From the NCBI GenBank assembly GCA_024653225.1, contig JANLGA010000001.1, forward strand, positions 18,590 to 58,666: 40,077 bases of DNA, given 5' to 3'. Shown here in pieces: positions 10,331-19,294 of this stretch. Each line of letters starts with the position of its first letter. Within the stretch, counting starts at the first letter, position 1. A program made the position numbers and the translations under genes. The DNA is from Bacillota bacterium. GTDB lineage: Bacteria > Bacillota > Sulfobacillia > JABLXB01. The notes beneath the pieces are model-generated. The model saw only the letters and a list, made by a program, of their open reading frames with translations, did no database searches and had not been told where the DNA came from.

Positions 10331-11464
10331 CTACTCGTTCGTCGGCGATTCCGAGGCGGGGCCTCCGCGGCCGTGCCCGTCGTCGCGGATTGCGCGGCGG
10401 ACGAGATCTCCCATGGCCGAGGTGCCGACTACCTTCGATCCCTCTTCGGCGATATCCGGGGTCCTGTAGCCGGCGTCCAGCACGCGCATGACCGCCGACT
10501 CTATGCGGGCGGCGGCTCGCCGGCCGCTTTCGCCGGGGCCGGAGTACATGAGAAGCATGCTCGCGCTGAGAATGGCCCCGATCGGGTCGGCCAGGTCCCG
10601 CCCCGCCAGCCCCGGGGCGGAGCCGTGCACGGGCTCGAACAAACCGGGACCGGATGAGTGGCCCAGGGAGGCCGAGGGCAGCAGACCCAGCGACCCGACC
10701 GCGGCGCCCGCGAGGTCGCTCAGGATGTCTCCGAACGTGTTCTCCGTCACGAGCACGTCTATCCGCCAGGGGCGGAGAACGAGTTCGGCGGCGGCGGCGT
10801 CCACGTACATGTGTTCCAGGGCGACGCCCGGGTAATCGGCGGCGACTCGCTGCGCCGTCTCCCGCCAAAGGCGCGAGCAGGACAGGACGTTCGCCTTGTC
10901 CACGGAGAGCACCCCGCGCCTCCGGCGCGCGGACAGCTGAAAGGCCAGCCGCACGACCCGCTCGACCTGGTGCTCGTCGTAGCGCATGGTGTCAACGGCC
11001 GACCGGGTGCCGCCCCTCGACCGGCACCTCGACGGCGTGCCGTAGTAGAGGCCGCCGGACAACTCGCGGACGATGAGCACATCCATCCCCCGCGCCGCCA
11101 CGTCCGCCCGCAGGGGCGAGACGCCGACCAACGGACGGTGTGACCTCACGGGGCGGATGTTCGCGCAAAGCCCGAGGGAGGCACGGAGTGCCAGGAGCCC
11201 CGACTCCGGGCGCTTCGGCCGGGGCAGGCGGTCCCACTTGGGCCCGCCGACCGCACCGAGGAGCACGGCGTCGGACTCGCGGCACGCCGCCAGAGTCTCC
11301 GCGGGGAGCGGCTCGCCGCACTGCTCGATCGCGTCGCCCCCGACCGGCAGGTACGTGCAGTCTATCGCCAGTCCCTCGGCGGCGCCCGCCTCCCGCATGC
11401 ATTCCACTGCCGCGGCGGTCACCTCCGGGCCGATGCCGTCCCCAGGGAGCACCGCGACTCTCAT
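10331..11464 (-). CDS. leuB: 3-isopropylmalate dehydrogenase
   Basis: MRVAVLPGDGIGPEVTAAAVECM... and ENTFGDILSDLAGAAVGSLGLLPSASL are isocitrate/isopropylmalate dehydrogenase signatures. The start overlaps the leuD stop (ATGA at 11461-11464). Confidence 0.95.
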   Translation of the reverse strand: MRVAVLPGDGIGPEVTAAAVECMREAGAAEGLAIDCTYLPVGGDAIEQCGEPLPAETLAACRESDAVLLGAVGGPKWDRLPRPKRPESGLLALRASLGLCANIRPVRSHRPLVGVSPLRADVAARGMDVLIVRELSGGLYYGTPSRCRSRGGTRSAVDTMRYDEHQVERVVRLAFQLSARRRRGVLSVDKANVLSCSRLWRETAQRVAADYPGVALEHMYVDAAAAELVLRPWRIDVLVTENTFGDILSDLAGAAVGSLGLLPSASLGHSSGPGLFEPVHGSAPGLAGRDLADPIGAILSASMLLMYSGPGESGRRAAARIESAVMRVLDAGYRTPDIAEEGSKVVGTSAMGDLVRRAIRDDGHGRGGPASESPTNE

Positions 11465-11959
11465 GGCGTTTCGGGACGCGTCCTGACGTACCCGACCAGG
11501 CCTCCCGCTCGAAGTATCGCGGCCGCCGGGCCGTCCGGCGCCCGGGCGGGGATGGCCTCACCGGACGAGAGGCGGAGGACTCCAGCGGCGACGTCCACCT
11601 CCGCCTGCCAGCCCGGCTTTACGCGGAGGCGCGCCTCGGCAGACTCGAGTACGAGCAATCCCGATGTTGATGGCGTTTCGGAAGAATATCCGGGCGAAGG
11701 ACTCGGCGACCACGGCGGCGACGCCGCACGCCCGAAGCGCCCGGGGCGCGTGCTCCCGCGAGCTTCCACACCCGAAGTTCCTTCCAGCTACTACGATGTC
11801 GCCCGGACGCACCCGCGCCGCGAACCCCGGGTCTGCGACCTCCATGCAGTGGGCGGCGAGCACGCGCTCGTCGTGGGTGTTGAGATATCGGGCCGGTATG
11901 ATGGCGTCCGTGTCAACGTCGTCCCCGAACACCCATATCCTACCCGCGGCGACTTTCAC
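11461..11959 (-). pseudogene. leuD: 3-isopropylmalate dehydratase small subunit, interrupted by a single-base frameshift at ~11659 as sequenced
   Basis: Frame A (GTG at 11959) reads [26 protein letters not shown]...[10 protein letters not shown]...[13 protein letters not shown] and then runs into nonsense. Frame B (to the stop at 11461) continues LLVLESAEA...GGLVGYVRTR, as expected for LeuD. The span is 499 nt, which is 166 codons plus 1 nt. The two frames meet at ATC GGG (A) TTG CTC. Confidence 0.8.
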
Positions 11960-13169
11960 GGCCGATCACCTCCCCGGGGTGGACTATGGCGCCTGCGACC
12001 GCGGTCGCCGCGGCGACGGCCGGACCGGCGAGATAGACGCGGCTTTCCGGGTGGCCCATGCGCCCGCGGAAGTTGCGGTTCGTCGTCGCGAGGCATACCT
12101 CGCCCGGCGCGAGCACCCCGGTGTGCCCCCCGAGGCACGGCCCGCACGTCGGGGTCGAGACGGCGGCGCCGGCCTCGAGAAACACGTCAATGAGCCCGGC
12201 GCGGAGCGCGCGCAAGTAAACCCGCTGCGTGGCAGGTATAACGATCATCCTCACGCGGGGGTGGACTTTCCTCCCGGCGAGGATCGCCGCGGCCTCGACC
12301 AGGTCAATCAGGCGCCCGTTCGTGCATGACCCGATCACGACCTGGTCCACCGGCGTCCCTTCGACGCTCCCTATCGGCACCACATTGTCGGGCGAGAATG
12401 GGCACGCGACCTGCGGCTCGAGATCGGAGACGTCCCACACGAAATGCTCGGCCGCCTCGGCCCCCTCGTCGTCGCGCCAGTCCCCCGTCGGGACGATGCC
12501 GGCTTTCGCGCCTGCCTCCACTGCCATGTTGCACAGGGTGAGAAGCCCGTCCGCGGGCAGGTTTGACACCGTCTCCCCCGTGAACTCCAGTGCCGCGTAG
12601 TTCGCGCCCTCGCAACCGAGCCTCGACAGGAGGAGGAGAGCCAGGTCCTTGGCCCCGACCCACCTCGGGAGCCGACCGGTGAACTCAATGATGTAAGTGG
12701 GCGGGACTCGGAGCCACAGCTCCCCCAGGGCCATCGCGCAGGCCAGGTCCGTCGAGCCCACGCCGGTCGCGAATGCACCCAGGGCGCCGCAGGTGCAGGT
12801 GTGCGAATCAGCCCCGACCATCAGGTCGCCGGGGTGCAGCACTCCCAGCTCGGGAACGAGGGCGTGCTCCACCCCCATGCGCCCTAGCTCGTAGTAGTGC
12901 TTTATGCCCTGTTCGTGCGCGAATTCTCGGAGTTTCCGCGCCTGGACGGCGGAGTCTATGTCCCTGGCCGGCAGGAAATGGTCGGGCACGAGTATCACGC
13001 GGCCCGGGTCGAATACCTTGTTGCGGCCCATCGCCGACATCTGCTCTATCGCCAGGGGGGCCGTTATGTCGTTGGCCAGGCACCAGTCCACCCGCGCCCA
13101 CACCGTCTCGCCGACCCGCACCGAGCCGAGGCCGGCGTGAGCGGCGAGGATCTTCTCGACGGCGGTCAT
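11940..13169 (-). CDS. leuC: 3-isopropylmalate dehydratase large subunit (aconitase-family)
   Basis: [41 protein letters not shown]..., [18 protein letters not shown] and [11 protein letters not shown] give the Fe-S ligand cysteines. The start was chosen at ATG 13169, overlapping the leuA stop (ATGA at 13166-13169). The 132 Arg-rich codons upstream in the ORF track lie inside leuA and are rejected. The 3' end overlaps the leuD start by 20 nt. Confidence 0.92.
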   Translation of the reverse strand: MTAVEKILAAHAGLGSVRVGETVWARVDWCLANDITAPLAIEQMSAMGRNKVFDPGRVILVPDHFLPARDIDSAVQARKLREFAHEQGIKHYYELGRMGVEHALVPELGVLHPGDLMVGADSHTCTCGALGAFATGVGSTDLACAMALGELWLRVPPTYIIEFTGRLPRWVGAKDLALLLLSRLGCEGANYAALEFTGETVSNLPADGLLTLCNMAVEAGAKAGIVPTGDWRDDEGAEAAEHFVWDVSDLEPQVACPFSPDNVVPIGSVEGTPVDQVVIGSCTNGRLIDLVEAAAILAGRKVHPRVRMIVIPATQRVYLRALRAGLIDVFLEAGAAVSTPTCGPCLGGHTGVLAPGEVCLATTNRNFRGRMGHPESRVYLAGPAVAAATAVAGAIVHPGEVIGRESRRG

Positions 13170-14731
13170 AGGTCGCCACACGGGTCGTCGCCGCCTCCTC
13201 CCCGGGGGGATGCGGGCCTGGAAGGTGTGCCCGCGAGCCACCTGTTCACCGCTTGCAGGTACGCCCTGACGCTGGCCTCCAGCACGTCGGTGCTCACTCC
13301 CCTTCCGGAGTACACGGCCCCGTCGCGCTCCACGCGGACGACCGCTTCCCCGAGGGCGTCCTTGCCGCCGGTGACCGCCTTGAGCGAGTATTCGCGAAGC
13401 TCGAAATCCACGCCGACTGCGTTCTCCACGGCCTTGAGCAGGGCGTCCACAGGACCGTCTCCGCACGCGGCGCCTTGCACTGTTCGGCCCTCCCCGGACA
13501 GTGAGACCGCCGCCGTAGGTAAAGCCTGGTTGCCGGTTAGGACCTGGAATCGCTCGAGCGACCAAGTGGCGGGCTCCTTCAGGGCCTCGTTCCCTACTAT
13601 GGCCTCGAGGTCGGCGTCGGTGATGTGTTTCTTTCGGTCGGCGGTCTCCTTGAAGCGCGCGAACACGCGTTTCAGCTCCCCTTCCGAGAGGCGGTAGCCG
13701 AGTGCCGCGAGGCGCTCCCTCAGGGCGTGCCTGCCCGAGTGTTTGCCGAGCACTAGGCGGCTGGCGGGCATGCCGACGTCTTCGGGGCGCATTATCTCGT
13801 AAGTCGTCGGTTCCTTGAGCACGCCGTCCTGGTGAATGCCCGATTCGTGGGCGAAGGCATTGGCTCCGACGACGGCTTTATTGGCGGGGACCGGCATGCC
13901 GGTCAGCGCGGCGACGAGGCGGCTGGACCGGTATATCTGGTCGGCCGCGACGTTGGTGCCGGCGCCGAGCGCCTCGCCCCTGACCTTCAGCGCCATCACG
14001 ATTTCCTCGAGAGACGCGTTGCCGGCGCGCTCCCCGATGCCGTTAATCGTGCACTCGACCTGGCCCGCACCCGCTTCGATGGCCGCGAGGGAGTTGGCCG
14101 CCGCGAGACCGAGGTCATCGTGACAGTGCACTGAGAGGACCGCGTTCTCGATGCCCGGCACGCTCTCTCGCAGGTGGCGGATCAATCCCGCGAACTCGCG
14201 GGGGGTGCTGTAGCCCACCGTGTCCGGGACGTTGATGGTGGTAGCCCCGGCCTCGAGCACCGCCTGGAAGAGGCGGCGGAGGAACTCGGGGTTGCTTCTG
14301 GTGGCGTCCTCGGCAGAGAACTCCACGTCGGGCGTGTAGCGACGCGCCGACCTGACCGCGGCGACCGCCGCCTCCACCACCTCCGCGGGCTCCTTCCGCA
14401 GCTTGAATTTCATGTGTACGTCGGACGAGGCGATGAACGTGTGGATCCGGGCGCGCGCCGCCCCGGACAGCGCCTGCCCGGCCAGGTCAACATCCCCCGG
14501 GTTCGCGCGGGCGAGCGCGCAGATCACGGGACCCGTCACCTCGCGCGCGATGGCCTTCACGGCGTCGAAATCGCCGGAGGAAGCGACTGGAAACCCGGCC
14601 TCGATGACGTCCACGCGCAGGCGGGCGAGTTGCCGCGCTATTTCGAGCTTCTCGGCAGGCGTCAGGCTCACCCCCGGGGATTGTTCGCCGTCCCTGAGCG
14701 TGGTGTCGAAGACGAGCACTTGCCTTTTCAA
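13166..14731 (-). CDS. leuA: 2-isopropylmalate synthase
   Basis: [48 protein letters not shown] and [21 protein letters not shown] are LeuA signatures, and the C-terminal LeuA dimerisation/regulatory domain is present. The start codon is TTG, with a GGGGGGG SD 7 nt upstream. Confidence 0.95.
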   Translation of the reverse strand: MKRQVLVFDTTLRDGEQSPGVSLTPAEKLEIARQLARLRVDVIEAGFPVASSGDFDAVKAIAREVTGPVICALARANPGDVDLAGQALSGAARARIHTFIASSDVHMKFKLRKEPAEVVEAAVAAVRSARRYTPDVEFSAEDATRSNPEFLRRLFQAVLEAGATTINVPDTVGYSTPREFAGLIRHLRESVPGIENAVLSVHCHDDLGLAAANSLAAIEAGAGQVECTINGIGERAGNASLEEIVMALKVRGEALGAGTNVAADQIYRSSRLVAALTGMPVPANKAVVGANAFAHESGIHQDGVLKEPTTYEIMRPEDVGMPASRLVLGKHSGRHALRERLAALGYRLSEGELKRVFARFKETADRKKHITDADLEAIVGNEALKEPATWSLERFQVLTGNQALPTAAVSLSGEGRTVQGAACGDGPVDALLKAVENAVGVDFELREYSLKAVTGGKDALGEAVVRVERDGAVYSGRGVSTDVLEASVRAYLQAVNRWLAGTPSRPASPRGGGGDDPCGDL

Positions 14732-14796
14732 TTGCGTACCCCCCCAATCGGTTCAGCCGGCCCGGCGGCGGGACGTTCCGCGGGATGCCCCCGGAA

Positions 14797-14860
14797 TATA
14801 GAAAGACCCGTGTCGGCACGGATTCCAGCTGACAGGAACCTGCCGCTCGGGTCTTCTATA
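14797..14860 (-). terminator. Long imperfect hairpin plus U-tract in the leuA leader (candidate attenuator/terminator)
   Basis: The minus strand reads UAUAGAAGACCCGAG-CGGCAGGUUCC-UGUCAGC-UGGAAUCCGUGCCG-ACA-CGGGUCUUUCUAUA followed by UUCC. This is a GC-rich extended stem whose 3' side runs into UUUCUAUAUU. It sits ~65 nt upstream of the leuA TTG. Confidence 0.6.
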
Positions 14861-15056
14861 CCCACGGTGTACCCGCGGCGCGAGGACGCCTGCGGGCTGG
14901 TACCGCTCGGTCGCTGGCCGCCCCGCCCGCGGGCGGGGCGCGGAACCCTAGGTACCTTTCCTGCGACGCTTTGCTGCGTACAAGGCTGCTTATGACTGTG
15001 GAACATACGACGCGGGATTCCATATTCCTGCCGTCGGTGACGCGGAAGCCCCGCCG

Positions 15057-15085
15057 TTGACATCCCCCCGCGGGGCGGAGATAAT
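15057..15085 (+). promoter_or_regulatory. SigA-type promoter of alaS
   Basis: TTGACA (15057-15062), a 17-nt spacer, then GATAAT (15080-15085). It is positioned just upstream of the T-box leader. Confidence 0.75.
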
Positions 15086-15091
15086 ATGAGC

Positions 15092-15400
15092 CAGGCGCGT
15101 GTCAACTGCGGCCGTGCCTTCGCGGCCGCACGGATTCTCGTCAAGCAATGCGTGCGCGAGGAAGGGGTCAACCGGCCGCCGTCCGGCAAAGAGAGGGAGC
15201 CATCGGTGCGAGGCTTCCCCGGGCGACTCCGGAGGCCGCCCCGGAGCGCGGGTCGAATGAAGGTGACGCGGGAGCCGCACCTTCGAGGAGACCCAGGGAG
15301 CGCCCGATACAGCGCGCGAAGATGCGCCGTCTTCCGGCGAATCAGGGTGGTACCGCGAGAGCAACCTCTCGTCCCTGGCGGGGCGGGAGGTCAATTCTTT
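15092..15400 (+). promoter_or_regulatory. T-box riboswitch leader of alaS (Stem I, T-box antiterminator and terminator)
   Basis: - The T-box sequence is AAUCAGGGUGGUACCGCGAGAG (15340-15362). Its antiterminator has helix A1 AGGG/CCCU, the bulge UGGUACC and helix A2 GCGAGAG/CUCUCGU.
- The competing terminator is CCUCUCGUCC (15365-15374), loop CUGGCG, GGGCGGGAGG (15381-15390), then UCAAUUCUUU.
- Stem I elements are an AG bulge CAAAGAGAG (15187-15195), a distal loop AUCGGUGCGA (15202-15211), and a basal helix GAAGG (15161-15165) / CCUUC (15280-15284) flanked by GA-motif-like CGAG/GAGG. Confidence 0.9.
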
Positions 15401-15454
15401 GAGGGCCGCGGCGACTTTGCGGGTCCGCGGCCGAACGCGGGGGAGGGTAAGACG

Positions 15455-18118
15455 ATGGAGAGCATGGGTTCGGATAGAATCAGGCGGGAGTTCCTGGGGT
15501 ATTTCGAGCGGAACGGCCATACAGTGGTGCCGAGTTCGTCACTTGTTCCGCACAATGACCCCACCCTCCTCTTCACCAACGCCGGAATGGTCCAGTTCAA
15601 AGACGTGTTCCTGGGCACCGACAGGAGGCCGTACACCCGCGCGGTGACTTCGCAAAAGTGCGTCAGGGCCGGCGGCAAGCACAACGACCTCGAGAATGTG
15701 GGATACACGGCGAGGCACCACACGTTCTTCGAGATGCTCGGCAATTTTTCTTTCGGCGACTACTTCAAGAGGGAAGCCGTCCGGTACGCGTGGGAATTCC
15801 TGACGGAAGTGCTGGGGCTCCCGCGGGAACGGCTGTGGTTCACCGTGTTCAGGGACGACGACGAGGCGGCCGCGCTGTGGCGCGAGACCGCGGGGGTGAC
15901 GGACGACAGGATCGTGCGGCTGGGGGAGAAGGATAACTTCTGGGCCATGGGGGACACGGGCCCCTGCGGGCCGTGCAGCGAGGTCGTGATTGACCGTGGA
16001 GAGCAGTACTCCTGCGGGGCGCCCGAATGCTTCATCGGGAAATGCGACTGCGACCGGTGGCTGGAGATATGGAATCTCGTGTTCATGCAGTTCAACAGGG
16101 ACCGGGACGGCAAGCTGACGCCGCTGCCCAAGCCGAGCGTGGATACGGGGATGGGTCTCGAGCGGATCGCCTCGGTGCTGCAGGGGGTGGACACGAACTT
16201 CGACACGGACCTGTTCACGCCCATCATCGAGAAGATCTCCGAGCTCGGAGGCGAGGCGCCCGGGGGGGGCAAGGTGTTCGCCTACCGGGTCATCGCGGAC
16301 CACGCGCGGGCGTGCACGTTCCTCGTGGCGGACGGGGTGATTCCCGGCAACGAGGGGCGCGGATACGTTCTCAGGCGCATCCTCCGCCGGGCCGTCAGGT
16401 ACGGCAGGGTGCTCGGCATTGACGGCCCGTTCCTGCACCGGCTCGTCCCGGCGGTGGGGAGCGTGATGGGGAAGGCCTACCCGGAGGTGGTGGAACGCGC
16501 CGACCTCGCCGCCAGGGTCATCGGCGCGGAGGAGGAGCGCTTCCTCCAAACCCTCGAGCAGGGAATGAAGATGGTGTCGGACCTGGTCGAGAGGGCGGCG
16601 GCCTCCGACCGACGGGAGATTGACGGGCGCGACGCCTTCATGCTGTACGATACGTACGGATTCCCGTTCGACCTAACGAGGGACATCGCCAGGGAGAACG
16701 GGCTGGAAGTGGACAGGGCGGGGTTCGAGTCGGCGATGGACGAGCAGAGGCGGAGGGCCCGCGAGGCCCGGAGGGCCGGGGCACGGGAGTACGACGCGGG
16801 GCCCTGCGCCGCCCTGCAGGACGTTCCGGCCACGGTGTTCACGGGATACACAGGCCTGTCGTCCAGGTCCACCGTGATCGCGCTCCTGAAGGACGGCGAC
16901 CGCGTCCCGGCGCTCGCGGCGGGCGACCACGGCGAGGCCGTGCTCGATGCCACCCCCTTCTACGCGGAATCGGGGGGACAGGTCTCGGACTCGGGCGTGA
17001 TAAGGGGACCGTCGGGCACCGCCCGGGTGGAAGACTCGCGCAGGCTGCCGGGGGGGCGAGTGGCCCATGAAATACTTGTGGAGCAGGGGGTTCTTGCCGA
17101 GGGGGACGGCGTGACCGCGGTGGTGGACGAGGAGAGGAGGGCGGCCGTGCGCCGAAGCCACACGGCGACACACCTCATCCACCGCGCACTGAAGATGGTC
17201 GTAGGCGATCACGCGAATCAGGCGGGCTCCCTCGTGGCGCCCGACAGGCTCAGGTTCGACTTCACGCATTTCGCGCCCCTGTCAGTGGAGGAGATCCGAA
17301 AGATCGAGCGCCTCGTGAACTCCAAGGTGATGGAGGACACGACCGTCGAGGTCGCGGAGATGGCACTGGAGGAAGCCAGGGCGGAAGGAGCGGTGGCTCT
17401 TTTCGGGGAGAAGTACGGCGACAGGGTGCGCGTCGTGCGGATCGGCGACTTCAGCAAGGAGCTCTGCGGCGGCACCCATGTGAGCGCGACGGGCGAGATC
17501 GGCGCGGTGAAAATAGTCTCCGAGTCGGGCATCGGGTCGGGGCTCAGGCGACTGGAGGCGGTGACCGGCTGTGGGGCGCTCGCCCACGTAGAGGAGCTGG
17601 AGCGGCTGCTTGAAGACGCCGCGGCCGTCCTCAAGGCGGTGCCGGCCGAGATCCCCGCGAGGGCGGCCGATCTCGCGTCGCGCGTCAGGGCGCTGGAGCG
17701 CGAGGTCGAGAGGCTCAGGGCGGTCGCGGCGCGGCGGGCGGTGAACGCAATAGCGTCGGGGGCGGTCAGGGTCGGCGATTCCAGGATAGCTTGCGGCCGC
17801 GTCGAGGCCGACAGCATCGAGGCGCTGAGGTCCATGGGCGACGCGCTGCGGGAGGAGATCGGCTCGGGCGTGGTGGTGCTGGCGGCGGCCCTGGAGGACA
17901 AGGCGTGCTTCGTCTCGATGGTGACCGACGACCTCGTTGGAAGAGGGGTTCACGCGGGTAAGATAGTGAAGGAGGCGGCCCGGGCTGCGGGCGGCGGCGG
18001 AGGAGGACGGGCCGACATGGCCGAGGCGGGGGCGAAAGATGCGGGCGGGATACGGGCGGCCCTGGAGAGGGCGCTCGAGTTCGCCCGCACGGAGGTCGCG
18101 TCCGCGCTCGGGGTGTAG
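15455..18118 (+). CDS. alaS: Alanine--tRNA ligase
   Basis: [54 protein letters not shown]... is an AlaRS N-terminus. The editing-domain HxxxH/CxxxH motifs ([20 protein letters not shown]) and the C-terminal DHHA1-like domain are present. The ATG at 15455 is preceded by GGGAGGG 7 nt upstream. The ORF-track start at 15086 runs through the T-box leader. Confidence 0.95.
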   Translation: MESMGSDRIRREFLGYFERNGHTVVPSSSLVPHNDPTLLFTNAGMVQFKDVFLGTDRRPYTRAVTSQKCVRAGGKHNDLENVGYTARHHTFFEMLGNFSFGDYFKREAVRYAWEFLTEVLGLPRERLWFTVFRDDDEAAALWRETAGVTDDRIVRLGEKDNFWAMGDTGPCGPCSEVVIDRGEQYSCGAPECFIGKCDCDRWLEIWNLVFMQFNRDRDGKLTPLPKPSVDTGMGLERIASVLQGVDTNFDTDLFTPIIEKISELGGEAPGGGKVFAYRVIADHARACTFLVADGVIPGNEGRGYVLRRILRRAVRYGRVLGIDGPFLHRLVPAVGSVMGKAYPEVVERADLAARVIGAEEERFLQTLEQGMKMVSDLVERAAASDRREIDGRDAFMLYDTYGFPFDLTRDIARENGLEVDRAGFESAMDEQRRRAREARRAGAREYDAGPCAALQDVPATVFTGYTGLSSRSTVIALLKDGDRVPALAAGDHGEAVLDATPFYAESGGQVSDSGVIRGPSGTARVEDSRRLPGGRVAHEILVEQGVLAEGDGVTAVVDEERRAAVRRSHTATHLIHRALKMVVGDHANQAGSLVAPDRLRFDFTHFAPLSVEEIRKIERLVNSKVMEDTTVEVAEMALEEARAEGAVALFGEKYGDRVRVVRIGDFSKELCGGTHVSATGEIGAVKIVSESGIGSGLRRLEAVTGCGALAHVEELERLLEDAAAVLKAVPAEIPARAADLASRVRALEREVERLRAVAARRAVNAIASGAVRVGDSRIACGRVEADSIEALRSMGDALREEIGSGVVVLAAALEDKACFVSMVTDDLVGRGVHAGKIVKEAARAAGGGGGGRADMAEAGAKDAGGIRAALERALEFARTEVASALGV

Positions 18119-18201
18119 CGGGAGGCCGCGGCGGGGAAGGAGAAGGAGTGCGAGCCGCCGAACCATGTACTGGCCTGAATATCCCTCGGGGGGGCTTTAG
18201 C

Positions 18202-18456
18202 ATGGTCGAACCAGCTGATAGCACGCGAATGTTCAAGGTAAAACCCGAAGAGGCATACAACGCCAGGGACGTGCTGACTCAGGTCTATCAGGCTCTCAAG
18301 GAAAAGGGATACAACCCCATCAACCAGATAGTCGGCTACCTGCTTTCGGGAGACCCCGCGTACATTACCAGCCACAAGAACGCGAGGAGCCTCGTGCGGC
18401 GCATCGAGCGCGACGAGTTGCTGGAGGAACTCGTCAGAAACTACCTCGAGAAATGA
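18202..18456 (+). CDS. ireB: IreB/UPF0297 family small regulatory protein (YrzL-like)
   Basis: [59 protein letters not shown] is the highly conserved UPF0297 core. The gene sits directly after alaS, as in Bacillus. The start is the ATG at 18202 after a G-rich SD. Confidence 0.88.
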   Translation: MVEPADSTRMFKVKPEEAYNARDVLTQVYQALKEKGYNPINQIVGYLLSGDPAYITSHKNARSLVRRIERDELLEELVRNYLEK

Positions 18457-18482
18457 TTTCACACCCCCGTGCGGTGGTGATA

Positions 18483-18510
18483 CCGGGGCGGGCCTCCGGC
18501 CCCGGCTTTC
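18483..18510 (+). terminator. GC-rich stem-loop after ireB
   Basis: CCGGGGC-GGGCCUCCG-GCCCCGG followed by CUUUCG. The U-tract is weak. Confidence 0.45.
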
Positions 18511-18544
18511 GCCGGCCGGATAAGGGGCCGGGGGGTGGACCCGC

Positions 18545-19210
18545 GTGATTCCGCTTCGCGACAGCGCCCGGTCGCGTCGCTTCCCGGTCGTGAATGTGGC
18601 CCTCATCGCGGTCAACGTGGCGGTGTTCCTGTACGAGATGACCCTTTCCACCCGTCAGGTTGACGCGCTGTTCCGCGCCTTCGGCCTCGTTCCCGCGAGG
18701 TTCGGCGCGGCCGGGGTGTATTCGTTCCTTCCCCTACTCACATCCCAGTTCCTTCACGGGGGCCCCCTCCACGTCGGCGCCAACATGCTGTACCTCTGGG
18801 TGTTCGGCGACAACGTCGAGGACAGGATGGGACACCTGCGCTACCTGGTGTTCTACCTGCTGCTGGGGACCATCAGCGGCCTGACCCACGTCATGTTCAA
18901 TCTCCGCTCCCGGGTTCCCACGGTCGGCGCCTCCGGTGCCGTCGCCGGCATCCTGGGCGCATACTTCCTGATGTTCCCCAGGTCCCGCGTGGTCGCCCTG
19001 GTGCCGCTCGTTTTCTTCTGGAGCGTAACCGAGGTGCCGGCCGTGGTGTTCCTGCTCTTCTGGTTCGTGCTGCAGCTCGCGAGCGGCGTGGCGAGCGCGG
19101 GAGCCGCCCAGGTCGGCTCGGGGGTGGCCTGGTGGGCGCACATCGGGGGATTCGCGGCGGGCGCCGCCCTCGTCGGGTTGTTTCGGCCGAAGAGGAGATG
19201 GCCGTACTGA
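18545..19210 (+). CDS. Rhomboid-family intramembrane serine protease
   Basis: Six or more predicted TM segments. The catalytic Ser lies in GASGAVAGILGAYF (GxSG) and the catalytic His in WWAHIGGFAAGAAL. A conserved HxxxN-like FLHGGPLHVGANMLYLWVFG is present. GTG start. Confidence 0.88.
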   Translation: MIPLRDSARSRRFPVVNVALIAVNVAVFLYEMTLSTRQVDALFRAFGLVPARFGAAGVYSFLPLLTSQFLHGGPLHVGANMLYLWVFGDNVEDRMGHLRYLVFYLLLGTISGLTHVMFNLRSRVPTVGASGAVAGILGAYFLMFPRSRVVALVPLVFFWSVTEVPAVVFLLFWFVLQLASGVASAGAAQVGSGVAWWAHIGGFAAGAALVGLFRPKRRWPY

Positions 19211-19228
19211 AGAACCGCCGTACTGAAG
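19201..19228 (+). repeat. 12-nt perfect direct repeat (GCCGTACTGAAG, twice, 4-nt spacer) spanning the rhomboid stop codon
   Basis: GCCGTACTGAAG at 19201-19212 and again at 19217-19228, separated by AACC. The first copy contains the TGA stop at 19208-19210. Confidence 0.9.
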
Positions 19229-19294
19229 GACTCCTTCCCGCCGTCAAGAACAATATACCCGGTTTCGCCAGAATCCAGCTGGGAGGCGGTTTGG

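Noticed and set aside
13170-13565. N-terminal extensions given by the ORF track for leuC (13170-13565), ilvB (8609-8725), alaS (15086-15454), mltG (23384-23497), murJ (31730-31999), the QueG-like gene (26539-26694) and ireB (18148-18201).
   Set aside because: The extensions are Arg/Pro-rich, lie inside the neighbouring gene or a leader RNA, and precede internal starts. Those internal starts have SD sequences, ATGA coupling, or match the conserved N-termini of the families.
14896-14912. A Leu T-box on the minus strand for the leuA operon (GAGCGGUACCAGC around the GGTACC site).
   Set aside because: Only ~8 of 13 positions match the T-box core. The U that pairs with tRNA A76 is a C. No AGAGA/GGUGNRA Stem I elements or Leu specifier loop were found on this strand.
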